A stretch of 64,000 nucleotides of DNA from Schizochytrium sp. TIO01 (taxonomy: Eukaryota; Protista; Bigyra: Labyrinthulomycetes). The stretch lies in contig SMSO01000004.1 of assembly GCA_004764695.1 (NCBI GenBank), positions 558,001 to 622,000 on the forward strand, written 5' to 3'. The notes beneath the pieces were generated by a model that worked only from the letters and a program-made list of their open reading frames with translations, was not told the DNA's origin and made no database searches. Both the position numbers and the translations under genes were made by a program. The stretch's first letter is position 1. The number at the start of each line of letters is the position of its first letter. Positions 1 through 10,190 of the stretch are shown in pieces.

Positions 1-89
1 GCAGCACGACAGCTTGCAGAATTCGAAAACCCGCAATCAGAGACGTGAGGTGGAGCAGAAGCATGTAAAGCAGAATCAAAACCACTTAC

Positions 90-3000
90 CAAGGTATCTC
101 TAAAAGCTGCGCGAATGAGGAACAGTAACTTCGAGTTTGCAAATGCTTCAGCAGCTTCGTTTGCCACCCCAGTTGACGTGAAGTTAGAGCCCGCAAGAGA
201 TGTTCGCATTCCCATTTCTGCAAATTAGCATGTTCGTTGAATGATGCATTTGATATGGAATTGGACATCAGCAGAATTGGACATTGGACACCCGTGCCAT
301 CCATAGTGTCCATATTAGGTATTTCAAGTTGTGTATCTGTCAGTCTTATGTTCGAATAACATTACCTTGCTTTAGCAAAAGGTTCATATGTCTATAACTT
401 ACGCTGTTCCAGGGTGATGAGATTTTCCCAATCCCGAGGGAATAATTTCTGGTGTGCCTGATCCAAGATTGTCGGATCAAATGCACTCTTTTCAAAGGAC
501 ATATCAAAATCTACAGGTGCAAGTAGAACATCCTGTTCCAATGGGGCATCGAGAATCACCATATTATTCGCATGAGAGTTGCAGTGCACACCAGTGTCAT
601 CAGGGTAGGTTCCCCACGATAGTCCAGCTGCAGCCAGAGCATAGCATGTCACACCACACTGCCAGCCCAGGACAAAGGCCAGCTGCAAAAGAATGCTCCC
701 ATTCGCCGTTTCATCTTCGGAAATCTCCTCCAGTGCACTTTCAAGATCCCGGACTGTAGGAGCCCACAGTGGATGCAATGAATACCTGATGCCGGGTACT
801 TTCTCTTGAAGTTTCACAAGTCCTCGAAGATCCTGCACAGGAAGACCACACTCCGCAATGGTGGCGGTTTCCCACACTTCATCTTGCATGCCTCGTGCTT
901 CAGAAATACGCCTCTGAAGTATTGGTATCGTGTCTTCTCCCATATGAGCGCACATCATTGGTATTAAAAGCTCAATTCCAGCAAGCACATGATCACCAAG
1001 GCGTCGATCACCTAGTGTCTCATAGACATTGCCAAAGCACGCAACCTCTTCAGGCAACCCAGGAGTATAATATCGGTAAAAGCAAACAGGGACATTTCCG
1101 GCACGAACCCCATACGGAGTAAGAACCTCGTGAACTAATTCACTCATTCGCATTTCTATTCTGGAGGTGTCTGCAAAGAGACATCCACGAACAGTCTCCT
1201 CGCCATGATCTCCACGAGTCTCGATGGTGAAGCCATCCTCATTATTCCCGCAGCCTTTGATACGGTAGGCACGATTGTTAAGGCGTACGATTGCAGATCG
1301 GACCCCGGAAGCACTGCACTTCAGAGCACTAGGCTCTTGCAATGCTTCCAGCTCTGTACACTTTATCATAGGCAATGTTGTGAGAGCCCCAGGGGCAAAG
1401 ACACTCTTTTCCGAAGAACTTGCAAACATACAATGCGCATGTGCAGGCATTCGAGGCTCCACAAGCACACGAGGCTCGATACCACCTTCATTATGGATTA
1501 TCACACTAGCATGGTCCTCAGAACTTGCATAGCTATCAGGAACAAAATGTGGTACAGAAAATATGCGTCCTGCGGTTGGTTTAAGCCAAGTTGGTGAGGA
1601 ACCAAAAAAGAGATCTGCGCGTGAATGAAGAATCAGTGCTTCTCTGCAGAGCTCGCAAGCAGAGTTTGATGGTGAATGCACAAAAAGACGATCCTCCTTG
1701 GTAAGTCCCATACCAATTTCATAGCTCATTTGTTCCTCAGAGGTCATACCCTCATCGAGATTAAACACTACATTTGTTGGGGGGTTCTTAGCAGTTGGCC
1801 CAGTTAGGAGATTGAGCCAGTGCGAGACCATCATTGTGCCACTAGCAAGGCATGGGCACACCCAAGACCCAAAAAAACGCGTCTCCGGAAGCACGGGACG
1901 AGGAATAAAGCGTAAATCAGATCGCTCGGAGATTTTTCCAGGCAACAAGAGGTCCATTACGCGAGAATGAACGCATTCCAAGAATGCTTCGAATCTGGAC
2001 TTGTTATTGAGATCAGTTACAGCCTTCGCATCAACATCATCCAGTGAACTAGTTACAATCTTCCTCGTTGTAGGTCCCCACATTCGAAATTGACGATCAC
2101 ACCGCAAAAATTCGCACATTATGGACGAAAGGCTATCGTTTGGAAGAGTCCCTTCAGTGTCCTGAAAACAATTCCACCGTTCCATAATGTCAGCGATATT
2201 TCGCAAGCCAAATGAACTCTTAGTAGTTTCTTGACAGAAAGGACATGCTTCTTGAGGTTGCCCTGAGTACACCTCCGTCATGAATTTCCATGCAAACGAC
2301 TGCCCAGTGGCAACAGGAATGCAAAGCTCCTTTGCAAGTGAGGCCATGCAACAGTCAAACATCACTCCCACATCAGCACAGTTGAATATAACTGTTGACA
2401 TCCGTGCTAGCTCTACAACAGTTGGCCAATTCTCCAGAATATCACCATCCAGAGTGAGGATTGTGGAGCGAAGGTTGTGCTGTTTAAGTAAGTTTAAACG
2501 AGCTACATCGACTTTACTTTTGCCGATATCATCTCGACTTGACAAGCATTGGCGTGTCAAGTTGGACGCATCGACCTTATCATAATCAAGAAGAATGATA
2601 CATCCCACGCCGAGTCGCGCCAGAGTAAGGGCAGTGTTTTGTCCTACACCACCAGTTCCCACAACTAGACAAACCTGGCGATTCACAAGTCCTTGATCAA
2701 AATCGACCATAACGCGCTGCCGATCGAAAATATCCCCGTATACTTCCGGAGGCGGGGGCTTCTTACGATGTTCTACAGACCGACCACTTTTGTACTCTTC
2801 GCTATTTGGATCCCACTCTTCATCCCGGCGCAAGAAACCTGGTTTTAACGCATCAGACTGAAAAGAACGCTCAGGTTGCTGATCACACCATGTGCGGAGG
2901 TCTGACAAAGAATTGTCTACAGCCTCAGGAACAAACGGTGCTGGCGAATCTGTACTAAAAAGTCCCCCATCAGTCACGAGTGTGTACAGGTGATTAAATA

Positions 3001-4165
3001 TCGCGACAACTGCCTCGATTTCCTGAATAAGAAGGAAAACGCGAAGCTCTCGCGGGCGATGAGTCCAGTAAAGAGAGTTTTTAACGCATCCTTTCCAGTA
3101 TTCTGGTACACCACTCTCATAAAAGCCTTCTAGCATTTCATTGGGCATATGCTGGTATATAATGTGAGCTGCTCGAAGCTTTGCCAAAAACTTAGGGTGG
3201 TAATCCTCCATAATGGAATTGGCTAACCCCCGGGGATCGGGAAATTTCGCAGTGCCTGCAAGCACCTCAAGGCTTTCGTCACATGCCGAGTGTGCTTCTG
3301 TGAATTGCAAACAGGTTTTGTCAAAGGACTCTGCAAAGTAAAGAATTTTTGACTCAGGGTTCAAGGCGGCTGCAGCCCAATGCGTAACGCAACCGAAAAC
3401 TATGGCTCTAGGTATTTTATCCCCTTTTGCAAGCAGTTCTTCCAAACTGCCATATACGCCAATTTTTCCACACAGCCTAACATCATTATCAACAAGGAAC
3501 TGCATCTGTGCCTGGTCCATAGTGACTGACTGAATGCCACTTGTGGACCAGAGCTGCGCTACGCGATTGTAGTCATACAGTGCTCGGAGCCAACGAAGCG
3601 TTTCGCACCAGAATAACTCGTCGAGTCTACTTCTGTGAGGATAAGGTTGAATAAGCTGCATAGCGTTGAAGAGAGCATGGAACCCGCACGCATTAGGATG
3701 CCACTGACGCAGTGATGTAGGTTGACAAAACGTGACATCACCGACTTTGAACTGATGCACCACATCCTTAATTTCTGGGGTGAAGGTCTTCTTGTTTCGA
3801 CCTCCATTGTTATCATCACACGATTCATTGCGGAAATCTTTTGCAGCAGGAGTGGCAACAGAGAGCACAAAGCCACAGAGAATTTGGCCAACACGTTCTG
3901 CAGAGGTGTTGCAGGAAATCTCGAGTTGGTTTTCAATACCAACACCCCTCAGACGTGTCCGAATGCTTATCTCAAGCCGTGTATCCCGTTGTGCATCGTC
4001 AATTTCGCGAGCTAGATCTGCTGCAAGCACAAGATTTTCACCAGGCTCTGGGCAATCACGTACGCAACGCACGAGTTGAACACTAGTACTAGATCCTTTG
4101 GACTTGGTCTCAAGTTGCTTCAGAAGTTCTTGACCGAGGCCATATACTTCTTCGCGCCACGACAT
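90..4165 (-). CDS. Multidomain fusion: papain-like Cys peptidase + ThiF/MoeB/E1-like adenylation domain + SelO/atypical kinase-like domain. Exon 1 is 4165-403, exon 2 is 217-90, and the gene continues beyond the left edge.
   Basis: 1257-aa ORF. Peptidase-like motifs: RQWHPNACGFHALFN ... VTHWAAA ... LYFAES. E1 motifs: FDRQ, VVGTGGVG, LLDYDKVDASNLTRQ, DIGKSKV, CPFC/CELC. C-terminal motifs: YRIKGCG, RRLGDH, HCNSHANNMVI, APVDFD. Splice signals: GTAAGT donor at 402, branch GCTAAT plus TTGCAG acceptor at 218, and a second GTAAGT donor at 89. Exon 2 reads in frame (QMGMRTSLAGSNFTSTGVANE...AAFRDTL). Confidence 0.8.
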
Positions 4166-4395
4166 GATTCTTCCTTCCTTTCGTTCGTAGCTCTAGCCCG
4201 TCAACCGACACGTGTAATTAGAACAACGACTAGAGCGTCACCGTAACCAGGGACAGCGAGATCACTTGCAGTCTCCGCAAGGTTGAGTGGATTTACCTTG
4301 TGCGCCTTCTTCTTTCTTCTTCGTTCTTCTTTTCAAGTTCTTTGGATTCTCATCCTTTTTACCCAGAAACATTATTTAACTATGCCCTTACTTAT

Positions 4396-4538
4396 TGTTT
4401 TCTCTAACCATTTAGATACGATTGGCTCTTGTTAAGTCGAGAGAACTTTCTACCCCTACGTACCTACTTTTTAATACAGAAGTGACTCTCACTTGTCACA
4501 ACTCCTATCAATTCTTTGACTTGGTCAAAACCCAAGTC
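4396..4538. repeat. Imperfect palindrome, hairpin copy 1 of a ~55-bp repeat family
   Basis: Right arm CTCTCACTTGTCACAACTCCTATCAATTCTTTGACTTGGTCAAAA (4486-4530). The left arm (4410-4443) reverse-complements to CTCTCGACTTAACAAGAGCCAATCGTATCTAAAT. The flank TGTTTTCTCTAACCATTTAGATA resembles 13185-13206. Confidence 0.55.
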
Positions 4539-4610
4539 GAAATAATTCCCAATACAAAGTTGGTAGGAAGGTACCTAGGTAAGACAGAATTTACCAAGGT
4601 TAACCATCAT

Positions 4611-4667
4611 TCTCACTTGTCAGAGGCAACTCCTATCAATCTTTTAAACTTGAGTAAAAACCAAGCC
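4611..4667 (+). repeat. Single arm of the ~55-bp repeat family
   Basis: TCTCACTTGTCAGAGGCAACTCCTATCAATCTTTTAAACTTGAGTAAAAACCAAGCC is similar to 4486-4538, to 8899-8957 and to the reverse complement of 8808-8862. Confidence 0.75.
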
Positions 4668-4882
4668 AAACAATCACTAATTGGTAAAGTGATCGAAAAG
4701 ACTAATGTGAATTCCAAGTAAGATATCAGGTACGACGGAATGGTTTAAATAAATTATAGGCCACCAACCACGTGAAAGGCAAACGTCTTCAAGCATGACT
4801 GCAGTTCTCTAGTTACCGTTTTTGTTTTAGTATTTCAAGCAAACATCTATTTCAAAAAACAACATCTTGATAAGCTCAGTTT

Positions 4883-7800
4883 TTATATATTTACAGGTCG
4901 TGTTATATTTAGTTTTCTTCGTTTTGTATGCCCTGCTATCTTCTTCTGGGAAGAAACGTGGCATTTTGAGATTGATCTTGCACAACGTTTGAGGGACTTT
5001 CTGAGCTTTTCCTTTGTCATGTTTGTTTTATCACCCTTATTGCCATCATCATCATCATCATCATCATCATCGTCTTCTTCTTCTTCCTCCTCCTCCTCTT
5101 CTTCTTCAATATCAGTGTTATTGATATGTTTGTGCTTCGAGAGGAGGTCAAGTAAACTTTTCTCAGAAACCTCTTCAAATCTACCCTTTGCCATTTTCTT
5201 GCTGAAGAAGTCTGTGAGCAGCTTGATAACATTGCGTTGCCCTTTAGCTTCGGAACCTTTGAAAATATTGACCAACCATATCTCGATCTCTTCTTTAAGC
5301 ATCTGTGTGCTGCTATGAGTAAAGGTATCAGGGATTTGAACTAGGGTGTTCTTGTGGGTATACAGTTTCTCCTTTTCATACAGTGGTTTGCACGCGCCAA
5401 ATATGGTAAAACACATGCTTGATGGAAAATACTCCTGAGCATGTTTGCGCATCTTGGCTTGTGCCATTTTGTGGATCTTTTGGAGCATACTATCGAGATC
5501 ACCTTCACAAGTGCATTCACTCAGCATGGAAAACATTTGCGTTTCTAGTTTCAACAGCTCCCACATCGATGCTGAAACGTGTAAACTTGGGGCAGCATTG
5601 TGTGATGTGATGCCGTGACATACCTTTCGAACGATGTCGAGAGCTTTTGTGTGGTCGATTCTTCTTTCTCTTCTCTGCAGGTAGACTAAGTCTGTTAGCT
5701 GCACCGTGTGTTGAAGAGACTCTATTGCAATAGAGTTCTCAAACATATCCATTCCAACAACTATAATCTTCAACTCTTTTCTGCATCGACCCTGCGATTC
5801 TCCGAAGCCACTGTGAACTAGCTGAATCAGTTCTAGGACTGCTTGAAGGTAGTAAACACCAACTTTGAGAGGCACTCGGAAAACAGTTTCATCAGACGAT
5901 TCACGCTTTTGCGCTTTCAAGCCCAACAACCAATTTTTCCAACGCTCGAATTTGTCTTCTTGGAGAAAAATTCGCTGTTTTCCAGACTTGAAGACATCTT
6001 GGTTTAACATGTGAGTCCTATCTTTGGTGAATATTTGACGAATAAGTGCTTCCACGTTAACTCTCTTTAGCTTTTCAAGGAAAAAGGCATTTACGAAAAG
6101 TTCTGGCTCTTTGTAGCCGGCATTGCACCGTTTCGTTGAATAGGCCGCAAAAGTAACGACAGAGCATTTCTTGGGGTTGCACGCGATCATTTCTTCGGCC
6201 ATCCATTTTGCAATCAGGATATGGCCTACGTTTGAGCTGCGAATATCAGGAGTCTCATCAAAACTTGCAGAATACTCGTTTATGATGAGGGTACAGGTAG
6301 AACCTGCACGCCTAGCGAGCTTGTCTAGCAAAGCTAGATAAGGAATCGGAATCCCTGGCTCGATGGTAGCCTTCGTAGAGTTTAACGAGCAGAGAACTTG
6401 CCTGAAAGTATCTGAGCATGCCCCGTGAAAGTTCTTACGTGGGAAAGTTGTAATCTTCTTGGTGATCAACATGGCTTGATCAGTATCTTCAAAGTTGACC
6501 GGAACTAGACCTCCTTGTCCTCCTTTCCCTAAACAGTATCCAGACGCAGGTTGAAGACGGACAAAAGACAATGACTTCTCCCCGTACATATAATGTGACT
6601 TCAAACACTTCACAGCCACGAGGCTGATGGGAGAAGTAGTAATCAAAGTCAAATGCCGTTTCCAGCGTGGCCAAACTGACTTCGCAAAACTACGAGCAAA
6701 TGATGTATTTGCAAGCACTCTATGTGCCTCGTCAATAATAAGATAATCAGGTTGTCTCGTGATAGATTCTGCTTTTGATTTCCGCTTACTGTTTCGAAGA
6801 AGTTTACGGCTCAGACTATACTTCCCGCTCGTTAGACGACAAGTGAAGTTCACAGATGAAACCTCATGGCTTGATTCAATGGTAGAGGAGCATGTTCGTT
6901 GCCAAGGCCCTGCCCTCAAGCCCTGGCGTTTTTGGTCAATCTCCCAGTTTGCAATTTGCTCTGGAAGAACATGCATGCCTTTCGGACATTTAACTTCATT
7001 ATAGATGGTGAAGTATTCGTAGTTTAAAGTTTGCACTAATAATTTCATCTCCAGCTTCTTTTGACGTTTACCACTTGAGAGTATCAGCACCCGCTGACCT
7101 AGAGTACCTGCTTGAACTAAGCCTCGTACCGCGATTGCGCGATAATCTAGCTTGAGAGGGCTCTCTGACGTAATAACCACTCGTTTACGACCCCAGAAGC
7201 TCTTAAAGAGCACTGACTTTGGATTCAAGAGTTCTTCGGCCTCAACAATCTTTTTCAAGAGCTCGTATCCAATACTAATGATGAGGATACACTGAATCAC
7301 TGATGGAACTATAATCGATTGGTGTTTTAGCTCGATTCTGAGAGCTTTGCCAATAGCTGCTACAACCTTTGCTTTCTTGCGCAATTTGGCTGCATCATCA
7401 AGAACATCAAGGCCAAATGCTTCGCATTCTCCTGTCCCGTCTTTCCAGACAACACTCTCAAAGTAGGTTCGCTCAAAAGCTTTCTCAATGAGAATGCTGC
7501 GACGTGTTCTGGATGGAGATTTGTGATATGGTAGGCCCTTGGAAGCCATGTGTCTTGCGCCAACGCTATCATCTGTACTTTCACTAGACTCACTCTCAAT
7601 TTCTGGTTCGTCACTAATATCCACGTCATTGGAAGAGGCTCTGCCGTGATATGACGGACCTCGTGAAATTACGTGTCTTGCACCAACTCTACCACCTGAA
7701 CTTTCACTAGAATCGCTCTCAGTGTCTGAATCATCACTGATTTCCGAGCTGTTGGAACAGGGTTTCATGTAATACGGTCCAAATGGAGCTTTTTGCCTTG

Positions 7801-8371
7801 TGTCAACCCTATCATCTAAAGCATCAATCGAATCTCCCGAATCGTCTGGTTTATCACCAGCCTCATCACAGGAGAAGCTCTCAGAAACAGCATTAGCCTT
7901 TGGGCTGGAGTTGCAGCTGAGTCTCCTCTTGCTACACTCCCAATCGAAGGCATCGGTATGAGAAGTCAGATCATCGGGACCTTCGTTAAAATCATCTTCA
8001 TCTGAGTCATCGCTAACCTCATTGCGATCTCGATCAGGGCTTAATTCTGTATCTTTTCCAGAGCCCTTGGCTTGCTCATGGTCAGGCCCAGGGTACTCCA
8101 AGGTATTTTCTTGACTGAGCTCTTCAGAGTTCTCAACTACGGCATTCCCGGCTGTGATATCATCAGCAGAACGCTGCTTCGGCTGCAACACGGAGGCTTG
8201 TTCAAGGCTCCCAACCAGAGCATTCTTGTTTGTGATACAATCAGCAGAGTATCCCTTCGGCGCCAACCCGGAGGCTCGCTTGGCATCGTGCGACTGCACA
8301 GACTTGCGCCCGTGTGAATTGGAATCGCTACGATATTCAGTGCATGGCTCAGGCTGCTCGTTGCTTGTCAT
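4883..8371 (-). CDS. Degenerate (probably ATPase-dead) Z1-like SF2 helicase, paralogue of 13654-17346, with acidic disordered N-terminus and C-terminal poly-E/D tract plus basic tail
   Basis: 1183-aa ORF with TTG at 8434 and first ATG at 8371. Collinear similarity to the 13654 protein: FKSFWGRKRVVI/FKKFWRRGRAVI, YLIIDEAH/HLILDESH, TSFAR/TQFAR, SNVGHILIAKW/INIGHGKIALW, VQLTDLVYLQ/IQLTDLVYLQ, RIDHTK/RIDQTR. GKT is absent and QxxGR is replaced by DIVRK. Confidence 0.8.
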   Translation of the reverse strand: MTSNEQPEPCTEYRSDSNSHGRKSVQSHDAKRASGLAPKGYSADCITNKNALVGSLEQASVLQPKQRSADDITAGNAVVENSEELSQENTLEYPGPDHEQAKGSGKDTELSPDRDRNEVSDDSDEDDFNEGPDDLTSHTDAFDWECSKRRLSCNSSPKANAVSESFSCDEAGDKPDDSGDSIDALDDRVDTRQKAPFGPYYMKPCSNSSEISDDSDTESDSSESSGGRVGARHVISRGPSYHGRASSNDVDISDEPEIESESSESTDDSVGARHMASKGLPYHKSPSRTRRSILIEKAFERTYFESVVWKDGTGECEAFGLDVLDDAAKLRKKAKVVAAIGKALRIELKHQSIIVPSVIQCILIISIGYELLKKIVEAEELLNPKSVLFKSFWGRKRVVITSESPLKLDYRAIAVRGLVQAGTLGQRVLILSSGKRQKKLEMKLLVQTLNYEYFTIYNEVKCPKGMHVLPEQIANWEIDQKRQGLRAGPWQRTCSSTIESSHEVSSVNFTCRLTSGKYSLSRKLLRNSKRKSKAESITRQPDYLIIDEAHRVLANTSFARSFAKSVWPRWKRHLTLITTSPISLVAVKCLKSHYMYGEKSLSFVRLQPASGYCLGKGGQGGLVPVNFEDTDQAMLITKKITTFPRKNFHGACSDTFRQVLCSLNSTKATIEPGIPIPYLALLDKLARRAGSTCTLIINEYSASFDETPDIRSSNVGHILIAKWMAEEMIACNPKKCSVVTFAAYSTKRCNAGYKEPELFVNAFFLEKLKRVNVEALIRQIFTKDRTHMLNQDVFKSGKQRIFLQEDKFERWKNWLLGLKAQKRESSDETVFRVPLKVGVYYLQAVLELIQLVHSGFGESQGRCRKELKIIVVGMDMFENSIAIESLQHTVQLTDLVYLQRRERRIDHTKALDIVRKVCHGITSHNAAPSLHVSASMWELLKLETQMFSMLSECTCEGDLDSMLQKIHKMAQAKMRKHAQEYFPSSMCFTIFGACKPLYEKEKLYTHKNTLVQIPDTFTHSSTQMLKEEIEIWLVNIFKGSEAKGQRNVIKLLTDFFSKKMAKGRFEEVSEKSLLDLLSKHKHINNTDIEEEEEEEEEEEDDDDDDDDDDGNKGDKTNMTKEKLRKSLKRCARSISKCHVSSQKKIAGHTKRRKLNITRPVNI
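7520..7860 (-). repeat. Intragenic tandem duplication, about three units of 40-41 codons
   Basis: Anchors TGTCTTGCGCCAAC (7551), TGTCTTGCACCAAC (7674) and TGCCTTGTGTCAAC (7794). Peptide units ISDDSDTESDSSESSGGRVGARHVISRGPSYH and ISDEPEIESESSESTDDSVGARHMASKGLPYH. Confidence 0.75.
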
Positions 8372-8574
8372 TGTTCCGTCAGGGCAAACACAACAACTCA
8401 ATTCAATTAAAGGCTCTGCAGTATCGGTATGCAATAGGGGACTGCAGCCACCAAATGCAGAATCTATTGAGCTCTACCTACTTATAATAAGCTAGTTACT
8501 GGTAGCTCGAGAGGCTCAATTTCTCACTTAACCAACTTGAAGCAATAGTGGGAATTGGAGCCACTCTGTCGTTT

Positions 8575-8577
<3 letters not shown>

Positions 8578-8607
<30 letters not shown>

Positions 8608-8631
8608 CTTCTTCTTCTTCTTCTTCTTCTT
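8578..8631. repeat. (CTT)n microsatellite
   Basis: About 18 perfect CTT units. Confidence 0.95.
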
Positions 8632-8795
8632 TAATTTCTTTAAAAAAACTAATGCTCATATCTTTGATATCGCTCCCAGTTTTAATCAATATTCTCTTCT
8701 TCTTTTCTTCTTCGGCTCTTCCTCGTCTCTTCTTTTGTTACTTCTACTTGTGTTTTTATTTTCTTGTTCCTCCATGTCGGCCCTGGCTGATTATT

Positions 8796-8957
8796 CTGGC
8801 TTGAACATTTTTTTACCCAAGCTATAAGATTTTTAAGGAGCTCCCTCTGACTAGTATGAGTGAACAATAAGAACGCAAAACTCAAGTCAAAACAAGCACT
8901 CTCACTAGTCAGAGGCAACTCTTTGACTTCTTTTAACTTAGTCAAAAGTCAAGCCAG
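8796..8957. repeat. Imperfect palindrome, hairpin copy 2 (best preserved), ~60-bp arms and ~35-bp loop
   Basis: Inner arms CCTCTGACTAGT (8844-8855) and ACTAGTCAGAGG (8904-8915) pair perfectly. Outer CTGGCTTGA (8796) and TCAAGCCAG (8949) also pair. Confidence 0.8.
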
Positions 8958-10190
8958 CTCAGCTGGTAGGAATCACATCAGTGGCAGACCATATGAGGTA
9001 CCCATGAGGTACCTAACTAGTAATTTACAGTTTAGGTGCATTGGCATTCTATTTAGCGGCAATCCTTTCCGAAGAGGCCAAAGAAGTAGGCAGTATACGT
9101 TTGCAGCCCGTGTGACATACCTATAGCGATACGTATCGCTCAGCTTGAGTTGAAAATTTTATGGAGAAAAGCAAATGCTCAGACCAAGTGCCCGAGCTTT
9201 TCTATCTACCATAGTACACTGCCCGCTTTGGTTCTTTCACTGGCAGGTTTTTAACGAAGTAAAAGGGTTGCTGCTATTAGTCAGAGGCGTTACTATCAAT
9301 GGTATTCACGTTCTTTTACTTGAAAACTCAATCAAGTACATATTAGGATTGAGAAGAAAGTTTTGACTTGTGATACATACCGGAGGATTTTTTCTGGGCA
9401 GCGACGGGATGCTAGTCAACATCGTCGTCGAACAATTGTAAACTGTAGACCACTCTCACTATCCAGTCAAACTATTTCTCTTGGGATGTTCTAGGGCGTG
9501 CCCGACTGAGTCTACTCGTATAGCAAACAATGGCAAGAACACCGTCAAACTTTTTTAATACTGCTTGAAGATCGAGGTCGCGTTCCTCCATCTTGTGGAA
9601 AATTCTGAGCATAGTCTCATGATGTCGAGCATTGTCTCATGAGGAGCATGCTGGCTGGAGTGGAAATCTTCAAGCTTGCTCCTCCTGAGACTTCACCCAG
9701 TGTTCAAGCCTACCAAAACAAGTTGCCCAGTCAAACTGACGGAGCTATGCAATTGAGCAACTCTCGCTCTTTTTCTCTCCCGATATTTCTTTTTTCGTCG
9801 TGCCGCCTCTCGAAGCACCTTTCTTAAAAACTATGCTTTTACTTAGGTGAGTTGAAACACATGCCAACCTCCAAGCAGATACCACCTACCTACCCAGATA
9901 GGTGTTCTTCTTCTTCAAGGGCCTGTAGCAACATGTAATCATAAGAACACCTTGAGTAAATCGTGCATTTAGCAAAGAAAAAGGATTTAGTTACTGGTAC
10001 CGTACCTTATAGTTAGCTACTGCTACCTACTATACCTAAGCGACGCAGCCCACAACTCAACTTTTACAACAAACCGGCGAGGTGTTGTGCTAGAAACCTA
10101 GCGAGAGCCACAACCTTTCAATCGGGCAAAGCCTTAGGGCGAGTATCAGCCACCCATACCTAACCAGAAAGCTTGTGCTCTCCTATAATT

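Noticed and set aside
86-313. 75-aa ORF in the track
   Set aside because: It overlaps the intron and exon 2 of the E1 fusion gene in a different frame. The splice signals support the other frame.
4486-4667. Two direct repeats about 125 bp apart as a CRISPR-like array
   Set aside because: Only two degenerate copies, a eukaryotic context and no cas genes. Better explained by the dispersed hairpin family.
8555-8945. Short ORFs with poly-Phe or poly-Lys/Glu, and similar ORFs at 39160-39411, 43597-43929, 48980-49297 and 53401-53780
   Set aside because: Translations of microsatellites and low-complexity DNA.
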